A stretch of 64,000 bases of DNA from contig OX597816.1 of assembly GCA_951406725.2 (NCBI GenBank), positions 113,026,001 through 113,090,000 on the forward strand. Reading direction: 5' to 3'. How positions within the stretch are numbered: position 1 is the stretch's first letter; each line of letters starts with the position of its first letter. The notes below the pieces were generated by a model. The model was not told the origin of the DNA, made no database searches, and was given only the letters and a program-made list of their open reading frames with translations. Below are positions 40,796 through 54,245 of this stretch, one piece after another. This DNA comes from Octopus vulgaris. Lineage: Eukaryota. The position numbers were made by a program, and so were the translations under genes.

Positions 40796-40900
40796 TTAGT
40801 CATTTCCAGCTGTTGGTTTGAAATCACCTACTACCATAAGCTTTTCATTTGTACGGGTGGACTTCAAAATAGAATCAAGATTCTCATTAGGCAGACTGAC
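40796..40900 (-). mobile_element. Possible LINE apurinic-endonuclease fragment
   Basis: EKLMVVGDF resembles the APE GDFN motif; short and decayed. Confidence 0.35.
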
Positions 40901-42829
40901 ATGAATATCCACAAATAAACTGTCAGTTAAATGGTACTTATGACTGACCAGAAACTTTATGAATTTGTTAAAGATATCAACAATATTACATCTTTGTACA
41001 TTTTGAAACACTTTAATATCTTTATTTTTATTTTCAATCAATAAGCATAGAATGGCAGATACCATCTTCACTTTCAGAATTCTATTGAAATTGAAGTCTA
41101 TAGATTTCTTTGTTTCCTTTTTACCCAGTGTTTTTACTTTTATACTTTATGTGTTACCTATTAATATGAAATGTTCGAATATGCTATTATTTTCCTAACA
41201 ACCTAATTTATTTCAAATTAAACTTTTACTCCAAAGTTTAAGTTCATGTGCTCATAGGAACTGATAAAATAACAATCAGCTATTTTCAAATATTTCAGCT
41301 TTTTATCATTTCTAGCATTTTATGTTTTGTTTATGTTATTTTTTCTTTTTTGATGAAAGAAAATGTTCAATAGTAATCTTTCTCTCAGGATACAATTATA
41401 ACATCTGTGTTTTGCTATCTTAGCATTTTTCATCATTCTCATTAATCTAGTATCTGTTTGTATGAGAATATGTCTGCATAACAATACCCTACTATTTTAT
41501 ACCATACTTTGATAATTCCTGCATCAAATATTACTTCCTTTTTCTGCTTTGTCTGCATTATATATATATATATTTTTAATAATAATTTCCAGTAGATTAA
41601 TACAGATTTTGTGTGATATACTGTAGATGCAGGCTTTGTTAAGAGATTTCCTTCCCACCACATGGTTTGGGGCTCAGTTCCATTGTATGGTGCCCTAGGT
41701 AAGTGTCTTCTACTTTAGGCCAACCAAAGCTTTTGGGAGGTTTTCATTGACAGAAACTGAAAAAAACCCTGAGTTTGTGTGTGCTTGTATATCCTTGTTT
41801 TCACATTGTGATAGTTGAAAATAAGCATTACCATCATACAAATAGTGTTTTTTCCTTCTAATTTTCTTTGAAGAAAACATATCTGGCTAAGGATAAATAC
41901 TGCTTTGCTTGTAAACAGGAAAGGTTGGTGACAGGATGAGCATCTGTCCATAGAGAATCTGCCTCAATAGATTCTGTTACCCATGCAAACAGAAAAAAGA
42001 GAACATTAAATTGATGATAATGACAACAGTGTTTTACAAAGCTTCTGCTAAGATGTTACCTCTTTTAGGTACCATGTAACAGTACATCATTATTATTGAG
42101 AAGTGTAGCTGCATCATTACTGATACACTTGGATTTAAATGTTAGTATGCAAATTTGTTAGATGAGCAATCTGAGTGAGGTAATCAGAGCCAATTCAAGG
42201 ACCACCTATAAAGTTATTACCATATTTTCTAGCATACAAGTCAATGTGGTAAATAGTGTTAGCATTCAAGCATTGTCATTATGATTCCTAATCCTGCTGC
42301 ATTTCACATGGAATTTTTGGTCCTTCAAAGTCATCTTGGTGTATAAGTTGACCAACCCATTTTGGTTTTAAATTTTAGTCTGAAAAATTTGACCCGTATG
42401 CCAGAAAATACAGTATTGGAAACATTAGATACTTCAAAGAAAATGCCTTGCAGCATGTATCACCATATGTCCTGAGTTAAAAATCTACCAAAGTTGATTT
42501 TGACTTTCATCCTTCTGGGGCTTGGCAAAATAACTGCCAGTCAAATACAGGGGTTGATTTCATTCACTGTTCCTTTTCCTCTCAAAATGTGTAGTCATGT
42601 ACTTATGATAGAAATTATGATTATTACTATAAAGCACAATTTTTGCAATGTGTTTGCTTATCTAATTATATTTGGTGGACTTGTCTCCGTTGAAACTTGA
42701 TATCCAGCTGTTATAATGACTTGAAGATAGTATTGAAATATATACTTGATGTACTACTCTGTCCTATGTTCCAATTCTGCTAAAGATACCTTAGATGTTT
42801 AAGTTTCTGGCATTCATAGTCATCCTAAT

Positions 42830-45440
42830 CATCATCATCATCACCACTACTATCCTCATCATCATCATCATCATCATTATCATCTTCATTATTATTTCAC
42901 ATTAGTTTCTTCTCGTGCTTGCATGCATTGGACAGATCTTCTCTAGCACAGAGTTTTGCCACTTGTAGTGGTGCTTTCCTGAAGTTCTGTCTCCTGAGAT
43001 TATTTTTTTATCACTTCATCCCATATCATATTCATCTTTTTACCATAAGTCCATTGCACTTAGAATACTTCAACCTTCATTTTCAATAACATACCTACCA
43101 GCTCACTCTTCTCTTTTGCACACAACATCTGATTCCGCTTACATCCTTCTTTTCTTCTCAGCAAATTAGTGCTCTGTTATTCATGCACACTCAGTTTCAT
43201 TTCTTTCCAGCCTTCACACACCCTCTGCATTCAATGCCCATTTTTCACTTTTGCATTTTACTACATTGGCATCACACGATTTGCCCTTCCAAAAAAGACA
43301 ATCCCTTTGTTGCTAGCAGCGGTAGTAGTTCTTTGAACTTTTTCCATTCTTTGCAAGCATCTACCTTCACTGCTAAGTAGGTTACATAGGTAGAAGCTAT
43401 CTGGAGCTTTTAGGGAGCCCTCCTGAGCATTTGAATAATTTATTTCCTGGGTACACTTATTTGTAACTACTCCTGTGTATCTTATTTCTTTACTACCCAC
43501 AAGGGGCTAAACATAGTGGGAACAAACAAGGACAGACAAAGGGATTAAGTCGATTACATCGACCCAGTGCTCAACTGGTACTTTATTTATCGACCCTGAA
43601 AGGATGAAAGGCAATGTCGACCTCGGCAGAATTTGAACTCAGAACGTAAAGACAGACGAAATACCGCTAAGCATTTCGCCTGGTGTGCTAACAATTCTGC
43701 CAGTTCACTGCCTTAGTACTCCTGTGTATCTGCTATGTGCAAAGTATTTTACCATTAGTCTCCCTGTAATTACACTGTATCACTTGCACACCCACATATT
43801 ACAATATGTACAGCTTGCAGAATTGCTACTTTCATTTTCTTTGCATATTGAACAGACCCACTTCCCAGATGAGAGTAGAATCCGATCTTCTTTCCTGCTA
43901 ACCTAGATTTACTTAAAGAGCTTCTGATTTTAAGCTTTTATTTCATGCTTGAATTCAACTGTGAGAAACTAGGTATCAACACCACAGTTCCCATGGAGTG
44001 TCATACATAAACTCCTCCATTATGACATAGAGAACTATAATAAACAAAAAGGAGCTGAGAATTGAACCCTGACTAACACCTACCTAAATGATAAATTACT
44101 TGCTTATTTCATTGCTAACTCTCATTTTTCTGACAGCATCTCTGTACAAGGCTTGCGCTGTTCTCATATTCATTTACATCTAATTTTTTTGGTGACTATC
44201 AGACTAGAGCATGTGATTTTCTATCAGAGACCATCTCCACATTATCAAATGTTTGGTTTAGTAGTTTACTCTTAGCTAAGAACCACTATAGCTGTCTCAT
44301 CAGAAGAAGAGCATTGGTAGTGCTCTCTTTGTTGTAAACCTAAACTACATCTCATCTAATTTTACACCCAAATTGTATTATAACTCGATTAATTTCATTA
44401 TTTACTCCATCATTTTGAAGTCTCTGTAATTCTTTTTTAGAGCATCTCCTTTGCCCTTGTAGTACAAGTAAGGGTTATTCCCTATGCTTTGGATTTCTCT
44501 GCCTTTATATCCTTAATGGGCTCCCCACTGTTAGGCATACTTGTGTTAGTACCTAACTACCATTCTCCTCATTCAACAACTCCTCGTTTTGCTGTCTCCA
44601 TATCTCCTCCTTTTTGATGTCAGTGAGTGTATCACTATCATTATGTCATTATGTACATACTTTTCTAGAATGATATCTCAATTCATACTGAAAACGCTTC
44701 TTTGCAAATCAGAAAACTTCTAGATTGCAATGAAATTATCATTATGTCACAGAACCTTAGCAAACTTCTTACTAAGTATTTAATTTCTTGTTAAATATAC
44801 CTGAAACCCATGATATGTGATATTATCCCTTGTTCCTTTCTTTCATTATTTCTAAGCATGTCTCAGCTATTATGAAATCACCTACTGTACCATCCACCCA
44901 CCATATCAACTTTTAATCTGGCTGGAACCTTGTTCCCTCCAGAGATCTGGTCGGTGATTCAAGGCAGACTGTCTTGCAGAAACTTTGAGCTGTTTCCTAT
45001 GATAAAACCAGTAACTTCCTATTTCTCAGTAACTCTTCCTATGTGTCACCTATACTTCTTTGAATTTATATCTTACTAAGGAATCTTTCGTTGAGTTCTT
45101 ACTCTAGTGTCATTGATCAATAGACTATACTGAGTGGCTATGTTAAGAAAAAAGAAACAACTTAGTGTTCACAACAATCTATGTGTATTATTTCTTGGTG
45201 GGTATGAAATTAGATCTTTCTAGCACATTCATCTGCATGGTAGGTAATCTGGCACATGAACAGTTTCCTGAGAATAATATTGCAGAGGGTTGAGTCAGTT
45301 GTGTTCCAAAACTTTTGACATCCAGTGACACAATTGATTTCCTTTCATTCCATGTACCATAACCATAGCCTCCATACATGTCAGAATAGCACCATAGTTT
45401 TACCTAACACATCTATTAAAGTCACCAACAAGTTTGTTGT
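42830..45440 (-). mobile_element. Old, long RTE LINE remnant (endonuclease, RT, PHD-like finger, (GAT)n tail)
   Basis: Minus-strand motifs LVGDFN and YGGYGYGTWNE (~45.4 kb), YKGKGDAL (~44.45 kb), GVSQGSILS (~44.06 kb), GKWVCSICK..CTYC (~43.85 kb); catcat tail at 42830-42890. Confidence 0.8.
43483..43716 (-). mobile_element. Young SINE family B (tail type 2) nested in the RTE LINE
   Basis: Perfect 15-bp TSD tactcctgtgtatct at 43468-43482 and 43717-43731. Confidence 0.92.
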
Positions 45441-45619
45441 TGTCTACATGGGGGTCTCATAGAAAGGGTCCATTTGCTCATCTCTCAGTCCTGATTGTCA
45501 TGGATATGTACAGGTTATTGTTGCTGCTCATCATTCTCAAGACTTTGGTGAAAAACATTGGAAAAAATCCCTATTCAACTTATGTGGGCCATCTGATCCA
45601 AAACTCTGTTTTCCAGAAA

Positions 45620-46075
45620 CTACCCCCTCCCATCCCTTCCAAAAATTTTGCCTACAAATTTCTTTATACTTGTAATCTACACCATTTGAAAGGTATTTGT
45701 ATAAAATTTTATTAAAAAATACCTATTTTCCAGAAAGTTATGAGGGGAAAATGTTGGGTCCTGTGAATTTTTCGAAACTCCTTTCGGAAAAGGCTTTCCA
45801 ATAAATCTTTGTATACACTCAACCTACAGGATATAAGCGATCATTTGGTGAAGGTTTCCTTAAAAAGTATCCATTTTTCTGGAAGTTATGAGGCAACAAA
45901 GTCGGTGAGGTATTAAACTGTAGTTATGCTTTTATTCAATAAAAGTTAACATTAATGGATTTATGTTAACTTCCATTACATTTTCAAAGAATTAACGATT
46001 AACGGAGTTAACTTTTTGGTTAACAGATTGATAATTAATGAAGTTAACTTTTCGATTAACAGTGCCCACCTCAGG
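45620..46075. mobile_element. Unclassified DNA-transposon-like fragments with gttaac subrepeats
   Basis: Repeated ttt.c.ga.agttatgagg blocks; multiple gttaac/attaac motifs ending tgcccacctcag. Confidence 0.4.
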
Positions 46076-48629
46076 TCATATGCTTCTACCTGATCACATC
46101 CATGATTATGCACATGGTAATGTTTGATCTGTATATAATTATGATTCTTCTTTGATTTGACAACCTTGTTTTGGGCATGTGTTTTACAGATGGCTACTTT
46201 TACTATCACAAGCTACTTTACAGCATGAAATGAGTGCATTTTATCATGCCACTCACAGAAGAGAGCCTATCTGACAAAACTAAGGTATTTGTTTCTTTTA
46301 CACCATGTTAAATTTTTTCTCAGTTACTACTCTCTTAGGTGAGTTGACTTCACTCCAGCTTATGAAGTCCACTTCTCCCCAATTCAGTATTTTATTTGGA
46401 GCTATTGTTCTCCCTGAGTTATTGCCATACTGATTATCTTTTGGTTTTGCTATTTATTTCACCCTCTTACACTGACATGTTGGTAACCTTAAGCTGATTT
46501 CTTTTTTCCTTTACTATTAAACATCTAGAAATTTTAATTACTTTTGCCAAATTATTTATTAGTTTTATTCAAAATGTTCTTAGTTATTTTGATTAACTAC
46601 AGTTCATTAGTGTTATGTATGTATACAAGACATCAAATTCTCTGATACACTATTAATAAACCAAACTATCCATGAAATGCACTGGTTAGAATGAAATTTG
46701 ATTTATAGTTTGTAATTTATTTCATAACTCATGTTATATATTTGTTAAATTTCCTCTAAATAATTAAACGATATGAAACAAAAACAATTTTTATTCAATT
46801 TATCTTTAGTCATGTTTATATGATTTTTGCTTTATACCACTATTATTCTTCTCTTAAATATATAAAACTCTTAATTATATAACTAAATATTCTATACAAC
46901 TGGTGTAATTTGACTAGATTTTGTTTAAATTTTGAAGTTATTTTTAAATTTCATAATTAAAACTGTTAATGACTTATATTTATTTACTGTAGCTATTTAG
47001 CATGTATTTGCTAGTGAGAGATTATTTATATCCCCAAATTTTCTAATTACCAGATTTTTATGAAGTTTTAATTTGTACCAGTAGGTTCTAAAGTTATGAA
47101 ATAATCCAATCTCACCATCAAAGTTAACTAACTTCATTTCAGATTAACCTTTTCAACTTGTCAGATTTATGTGAAAGCACTTCACTTCTGTTTCTCCTCG
47201 AAAATATGTTAATTGTGAGAAATAAGAAATGCTTTCATTGTCTCTAAAAAGTGATTATTGAGATCTGTTAAGAAAACAATTTAGATGTGAAGTTTATTTT
47301 TGCAACATTTCTTCGACAAATAATTTGAAGATTTTAATTATTAATATCATTACAAGATAGTATGCAAGGTGAAAGAATGATTGGGGTATATTATTTAGAA
47401 GTGGACACATGTGAGATTAGAGATCAGAGAATTTTGAATGAATTATATCAAGTTGGGCTTTTTGTGATGTGATGATGCAATGTTGTAATGCAAGAAGACA
47501 TTTTAATTTGTGGAGCCATTCAGCCTATGTTATCAGAAGAAGGATACATTTGATAATGTCCTAAATACACAATGTCAACAAAAACTGGATGTTAACAAAG
47601 TAACATAGACGTGCTGTGCTGTATCAAGTTTTTTAAGACTAAAAAATAACAAGGTAAAATTAGATTAAATAGGGGTCAAGGTTGATGATATCAGCAAGTC
47701 AAACCTGATTGAACTTAAAACATGAACAATATGTAATCTCTGATTACCTTAATATAACAAAAGAGAAGCTAATGAATACATGGTAATCTTCAACAAAATG
47801 AGCCTATGTCAGTTAATTCTTCTGTTGCTTCATTATTTACACAAAATGACACATAAAAAAAAAGTTGGTTTCTTTTCCCTTTTTTTTTTAATTATCATTA
47901 ATAATATTATTATTGAAAGCCAGGTTCACATAACTGATTCTAAAAATGAGAACAGTTTCTTTTTGTTGAAAGCACATGATGACATAAAACCTACAAAAGA
48001 GACAATAGATAAGGCTTTTATATATATATTTGACATATCCTGTTTTAAATAAACATCGACTAATATTTCAATACACACAACCCCATAGTAAGTAGGTAAG
48101 AAGTAAATTATAAGTGTTGTCAAAAAGCACTTATGTGCATGAGATGAGTAGAGGGAAGGAAGAGGTGGGGAGGCAGTTACTGATTTGTTGATAAAATATT
48201 TTTGTGTATATTTTCACTTGAAAATAACTAGCTAATAAAATAGGGGCTTATTCAAATATTAGGTATTATATCACATTTGTACTGAAATAATATATTACTA
48301 GAAACAGGAGGAAAAACAACATAGAATTCATTAAGCTCTGTATGTGTGTGTGAGAGAGAGAGAGATAGAGAGAGAGTAGGGTTAGAGTGAAGTTCATATA
48401 GATAGTATACATAATCCAATTGTATTTGGGAATTTAGGAAAAAAATTGTTATAGACTGAAAAAAAAACTGGAGCAAAATGGACTGTCTCTTTGACTGTGT
48501 CTGTTCTGTGTAGACATATGTGTTTACTGAAGATATGTTTATTATGAATAGCATTAAACAAGGAATGTGACTCAATTCCTAGTTTGACATATGGAATTTT
48601 ATTGTATTTTATTTTGTTTTCTTAATGAA

Positions 48630-48661
<32 letters not shown>

Positions 48662-49312
48662 GACATAGTTCTGTGTTCAATCCTGTTGTGCAATTACTGT
48701 CTACTTATCTTGTGAATGAAAATTGGTAGATGCAGAAGGCCATTGTATATTCATTCATTTGTACATTCATTTATCATTCAAATTTTTTTCATACTAGTAT
48801 GGGATTGGATAGAAAGTTATTTGAAGTTGGATTTTATGGCAGGATGTTCTTCTTGTTATCAGTCCTTATCTATTTTTTTTTTCAAGCAAGGGACTTATCT
48901 ATCCCACAGGTCTTTGGAAAAACACAAAGCAACTGGTCATAATGTTAAAAAGGAATGCCAACATCAGTACTGCGTTACTCAAGTAATGATAAATGTGGAA
49001 TATAAACAATCATACATTTTCCCTTTTGACTAAACCTCTGTTTTTCTAACTAGTTATTTTCATTTAAAAATACATGCAAAAATTGTATCTTGGCTCATTA
49101 CACCAATAGTAATAACAAACACACATGCCAGTTCAATTTCACTTCTTTATTATAATAAGTCAATTGCCTAGTAATTTAACCAATTGTTTGTTTAATCAGT
49201 TGGTTAAACAATCATGTTTTTCCAACAGATTAAGCAAATGACCAATTGGTTGGTTACATACCTAGCCACTTGATTAGCAATAAAGAAGTGAAATTGAGCC
49301 ATTGTGTGTGTG

Positions 49313-51248
49313 TGTGTGCCAAGCAGAAGCACCACTGATGCTATATTTCTGGTATTTCTGGAGAAATCTCTAGCCAAAGATAAACCTCTGTACTTGGCTT
49401 TTGTTGACTTGGAGAAAGCCTTTAACAGGGTTCCCTAATCCTTTATCTGGTGGTCAATGTGGAAACTGGGGATAGACAAGTGGTTGTTAAGAGCTGTAAA
49501 AGCCCTGTTCAGAGATGCTGCAAGTAAAGTGAGGGTTGCCAACGAGTATAGTAAGAATTCTGAGTAGAAGTAGGGACTCACCAAGGATCAGTCCTCCACC
49601 CACTCTTATTCATTATAGTCCTCCAGGCAATAACAGAGGGATTCAAGACAGGCTGCCCCTGGGGGCTCCTCTACACTGATGACCTTGCTCTAATAGCTGA
49701 GTTACTGACAGAACTAGAGACAAATTTGAGGGTGTGGAAACAAGGTCTAGAATCGAAGTACCTTAGAGTTAACCTTGCAAAAACCAAAGTCTTAGTAAGT
49801 AGGAAGGCTGTCAAAACACAAGCCTCTTCAGGTAGATGGCCCTGCCTGATCTGTAGAGAAGGTGTGGGTACTCCATACAATGTACCTTGTGTAAGCTATG
49901 AATACATAAAAGGGGCAGCAATATCAAAGGAAGAAGGTTAACCGGGAAGATAGTCTTTGTGTGTGGCAGATGCACAGGGACAACAAACACTGAAGATGTA
50001 CAGCAAACAGATTCCATCACATGCCAGGGTGAAAAAGTAGAAGTAATTAATAGCTTCTGCTATCTAAGCGACCAAGTCTGTAGTGGGGGTGATTGCTCTG
50101 AGAGTGTAGCAGTTAGAATAAGAATAGCCTGAGCAAAGTTCAGGGAGCTCCTACCTCTGCTGGCAACTAAAGGCCTCTTGCTCAGGATGAAAGGTAGCCT
50201 GTATGATGCATGTGTGTGAACTGCCATGCTACATGGCAGTGAAACATGGACCATGACTGCTGAGGACATATGTAGGCTTGAAAGAAAGGAAGCTAGTATG
50301 ATCCGCTGGATGTGTAATGTCAGTGTGCATACAAGACAGAGTGTAAGCATCCTTAGAGAAAAGTTGGACATAAGAAGCATCAAAAATGGTGTGCAAGAGA
50401 GACAACTGCCCAGGTATGATCATGTGTCATGTATGGATGATGACAGCTGTGTGAAGAAGTGCCACTCCCTAACTGTGGGAGGAACATGTGGAAGTGGTAG
50501 ACCGAGGAAGACATGGGACAAGGTGACAAAGCATAACCTTCGAACAGTGGGCCCCACAGAGGCAATGACAGGAGACCGAGACCTTTGGCGATATACTGTG
50601 ATTGAGAAGACCTGGCAACTAAAGAGAGATCACAGCCATGCATGTCCAGCCCAGTTAAGAGTACCCCTGATGCATCAGGCAATATGATATACTTGAGAAA
50701 ACCTGCTGAGTCAAATAAAACCAATACCATAGTTGTGGCCAGGACCGCCTGACTGACTCCCATGATGGTGGCACATAAAAAGCACCATCCGAACATGGCT
50801 GATGCCAGTACCCCTGACTGGTTCCCGTGCTGGTGGTACATAAAAAGCACTATCCAAATGTGATCAATGCCAAGACCACCTGGCTGGTTCCCATGCCAGT
50901 GAATCATAAAAAGCACCATCCAAACATGGCTCATGCCAGTACCTGCTGACTGGCTCCTGTGCCGATGGCACGTAAAAAGCACCATCTAAACATGGCCCCC
51001 ATGTCAGTGGCACATAAAAAGCACTATCTGAACATGATTGATGCCAGGCCCACCTGACTGGCTCCTGTGCCAGTGGCACATAAAAAGCATCCACTACACT
51101 CTCTGAGTGGTTGGTATTAAGAAGGGCATCCAGCTGTAGAAACCTTGCCAGATCAGATTGGAGCCTGGTGCAGCTGCTGGCTCTCCAGACCTCAGTCAAA
51201 CAGTCCAATCTATGCCAGCATGGAAAACAGACGTTAAACAATGATGAT
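49313..51248 (+). mobile_element. 5'-truncated RTE-clade LINE (RT, PHD-like insert, C-terminus, repetitive 3' UTR)
   Basis: STTDAIF, LYLAFVDLEKAFNRVP, GTHQGSVLHPLLF, LLYTDDLAL, VNLAKTKVL, CYLSD, LHGSETW, GRPRKTW; contains stops and frameshifts; ends gacgttaaacaatgatgat. Confidence 0.93.
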
Positions 51249-51871
51249 ATAAGTCGACATCAAGAATCTTTCAAACTAAATACATAAACAAACCATCCAA
51301 AATATTTTATCAACAAATTAGCTTCATATGTGTGTTTGTGTCCCTTTCTGTATCTGTATGCTATTTATGTTGTCTCTCTCCATGATCTATAACTTAGCAA
51401 GTCCACAAATAGTTATGGATCTCATAAGTTCTAAGTCTGGTATGATTGACTGAAACACCTTAAGGTAGTATCCTAGCATGGCCACAGTCCAGTGACTGGA
51501 ACTCATAAAGAATATAAATTAATATTAAGAAGACACTCCCAGCTTGGCAAAACAAGTTCTGGAAGCACAATTTCTCTGTGTGTGTGTGTGCGCACAACTG
51601 CCCTTACCTACTCAATTTCCTCCTAAAGATTTTCTTGCTACCTGTCATCTTTCTAACTACAGTGTTCTGCTGCCCCAAATAAATGTGAGAATACTTCACC
51701 AGTTTTTCTCTGATAGTATCTGTTCTTCTTTTACCAGCATTATTTCACTTGTTATCCATCCTTCTTCTATACTCACTTTTTTACATTGATCACCTTCAAC
51801 CACATATTATCCTTCTCCCTCATTCATATCCTTCTCTTATCTGCTATACCTTTATTATTATTCTGCTGCTC

Positions 51872-52087
51872 AAGGTGGTGAGCTGGCAGAATTGTTAGCG
51901 CACTGGACAAAATACTTAGCGGTGTTTTGTCTGTCTTTACGTTCTGAGTTCAGATTCTGCCAAGGTCGACTTTGCCTTTCATCCTTTCAGGGTTGATAAA
52001 TTAAGTACCATTTGCATACTGGGGTCGATCTGATCGACTGGCCCCCTCCCCCAAAATTTCGAGCCTTGTGCCTAGAGTAGAAAAGAA
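51872..52087 (+). mobile_element. Full-length SINE family B (tail type 1)
   Basis: A-box-like tggcagaattg, B-box-like gagttcagattc, central gcctttcatcctttcagggttgataaattaagtacc; perfect 13-bp TSD tattctgctgctc at 51859-51871 and 52088-52100. Confidence 0.92.
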
Positions 52088-54213
52088 TATTCTGCTGCTC
52101 TTCACCCCTCCTTTTCTGCACTGTCTCATACTCTCTTCCCAAGCTAATATGTATCATTGGTCACTTTCCACTCTTTATCCACTACTCATTTCATGCACAC
52201 CTCAACCCTAGCCATTTTGTACAGTTGTCACCTACTCTTCCCTGTCTTTCCTCCTTTAACACTTTTTCTTCATTATATTCACTCACTAACACTTTCCTCT
52301 TCTCTGACTAGCTCCCACATAGAAAATGGACATTAGATGATGACAGTGATGATAACAATGACTTCACAGTGATTGTTTGCAGTTTCAGTACTTTAGGGAA
52401 TTTACTATTAATAATTTTTTTGTTTTTTTGTTGGTTTTTATTAGCAAAGTTATATTGCGTAGATTTATAATGGAGAAGAAAGCAGACCTATTGATGTCCA
52501 TATCTTTTTTGCTTTGTTTTTTCACCAAAGAGATTATCAGTAATTTTAAACTCACAAGGATTACACTAATGTTTGTTGATTTATCTCTTGAATTTATAAT
52601 TGTATGTGTATTACATTTAGTCATTAAGTTTATATATTTTTATGTATGTTTATTTTTTGTTATTCTATTTTTATGTATGCTTCTTCTATACTGTTATTTA
52701 AAGATTTTGCTATCAAGAGCATAATAACTGAAGAAATAAGATTTAATTTATTATTAAAAGCTTTTTTTCTTTTCTTTTATTTCTTAGGTAAGTGGATATT
52801 TAAATTCTCTCAAAGATTACAAGTTTATGAAATCAAGCAATTTTGCCTATAGTAGTCCTCTACAGATTGGTATGTATGAGAAATTGTCTTTCTTCTTTGC
52901 TACAGGTTTTCAATTTGTTTCTTTTTTCTCTCATTCTCCACAATGTTCAGTTGCTACATAAAATCTAGTATTTATAAAAAGAAAATATGACAATTTTATT
53001 TGATATTGTTTATCTAAGTATTGGTTGACCTGTTCAAACAGTTAACCTCATCCTGTGTATTTCTATTTACATATTCGATTATCATTAAGGACCATTTGTT
53101 ACCTATATCTGTATTTTGGCCTCTATAAAGCTGAGATAGAAGACTGCAATAACTTCTCTCAAAAACAGAGATGTGCAATTGACTGAACTTCAAAATTTTG
53201 TATTATGTATTATTACGGGTAGTAGTGTCAAATACAATACCAATACCTAGTAGTATTTGGTCCTTGAGGAGAAACAAACCAGTCTGAGTATTTAAAAATC
53301 ATTTAATAGCTATACTTTGTGTGCATATTTACACGTGTTAGTGTGTGTATATCAGTCAGACAGACAGAGAGAGTGGGAAAGATCAAATAAAGAAAACTAC
53401 ATTGGAAATTAGCCACTTGACTTTACAAACCATCCTTAAAGATCATTTTGCATTCATACACAAAAACCTGATTCCTCTAGAAAAGAATAATATTCCATTT
53501 CCTGCCAGTTCTAAATGTATGTATGCTTACATTGTATGTTACTATCAATTGAAATAACATTCTGATTTCTGGAACAATCTTCACCTAACAAGTGGTAAAA
53601 TGATAGGAAAATAGGAACTTAAAGAGTGAATAATTTACTTACTTCAAAGAGATCTAATCACATAATCAGTTATCAGATACATTTGAGATATCTATAGACA
53701 CGTTGACACCTAGCCACTATAATGAATTATGGATCTGATTTGAAGGGACTTTACACCTTCGCATGATGATCCCTTGTCATGCCAACTCGCTTAAATGTCA
53801 GCTTTTCTGATTTGGTCATATTATCTGCCTGCCTGAAATCAGCTTCCTAAAATGTTTAAGTGTGAGCTTAAAAAGAGAAGACTGCCTTGTCAATGAAGAG
53901 CAAGTCTTTGAATTTAGTTATGCTTCATGCCTGCCTACAACATCTGTTAATATCCCCTGCAGACCTTTCTCTACCTGCAATTAGGGCTTGAAGGGAAGAA
54001 ATTTTATTTATTTATTTTACCTTTTATAAGTGTGTGACGAAGACATTGCAAATGAGCTAGCAGCCATTTTAATCCACAAATATATACACCTCTGCAAAAA
54101 CCAAATATCAGCTACCCTTATTCCACTGCAATATTTGTTGACTTTTCAGATTTCATATTTTTAAAAATATAAAACAGCTCACTGATATAAGGAAAATACT
54201 TACAATATCATGC

Positions 54214-54245
<32 letters not shown>

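Noticed and set aside
50745-51095. CRISPR-like repeat-spacer appearance
   Set aside because: The spacers are homologous to each other, the repeats are degenerate, the array is inside a eukaryotic LINE, and there are no cas genes.
50380-51241. 201-aa and 125-aa minus-strand ORFs (similarly 1046-1495 and 28183-28473)
   Set aside because: Antisense readings of the RTE 3' UTR tandem units; no independent coding signal.
52377-52852. Hydrophobic 115-aa and 68-aa ORFs
   Set aside because: F/I/L-rich composition follows from T-rich DNA; the longer one has no ATG start, and neither has a recognisable motif.
53762-53836. Possible C/D box snoRNA (atgatga ... ctga)
   Set aside because: No terminal stem and no recognisable rRNA guide; such short motifs are expected by chance.
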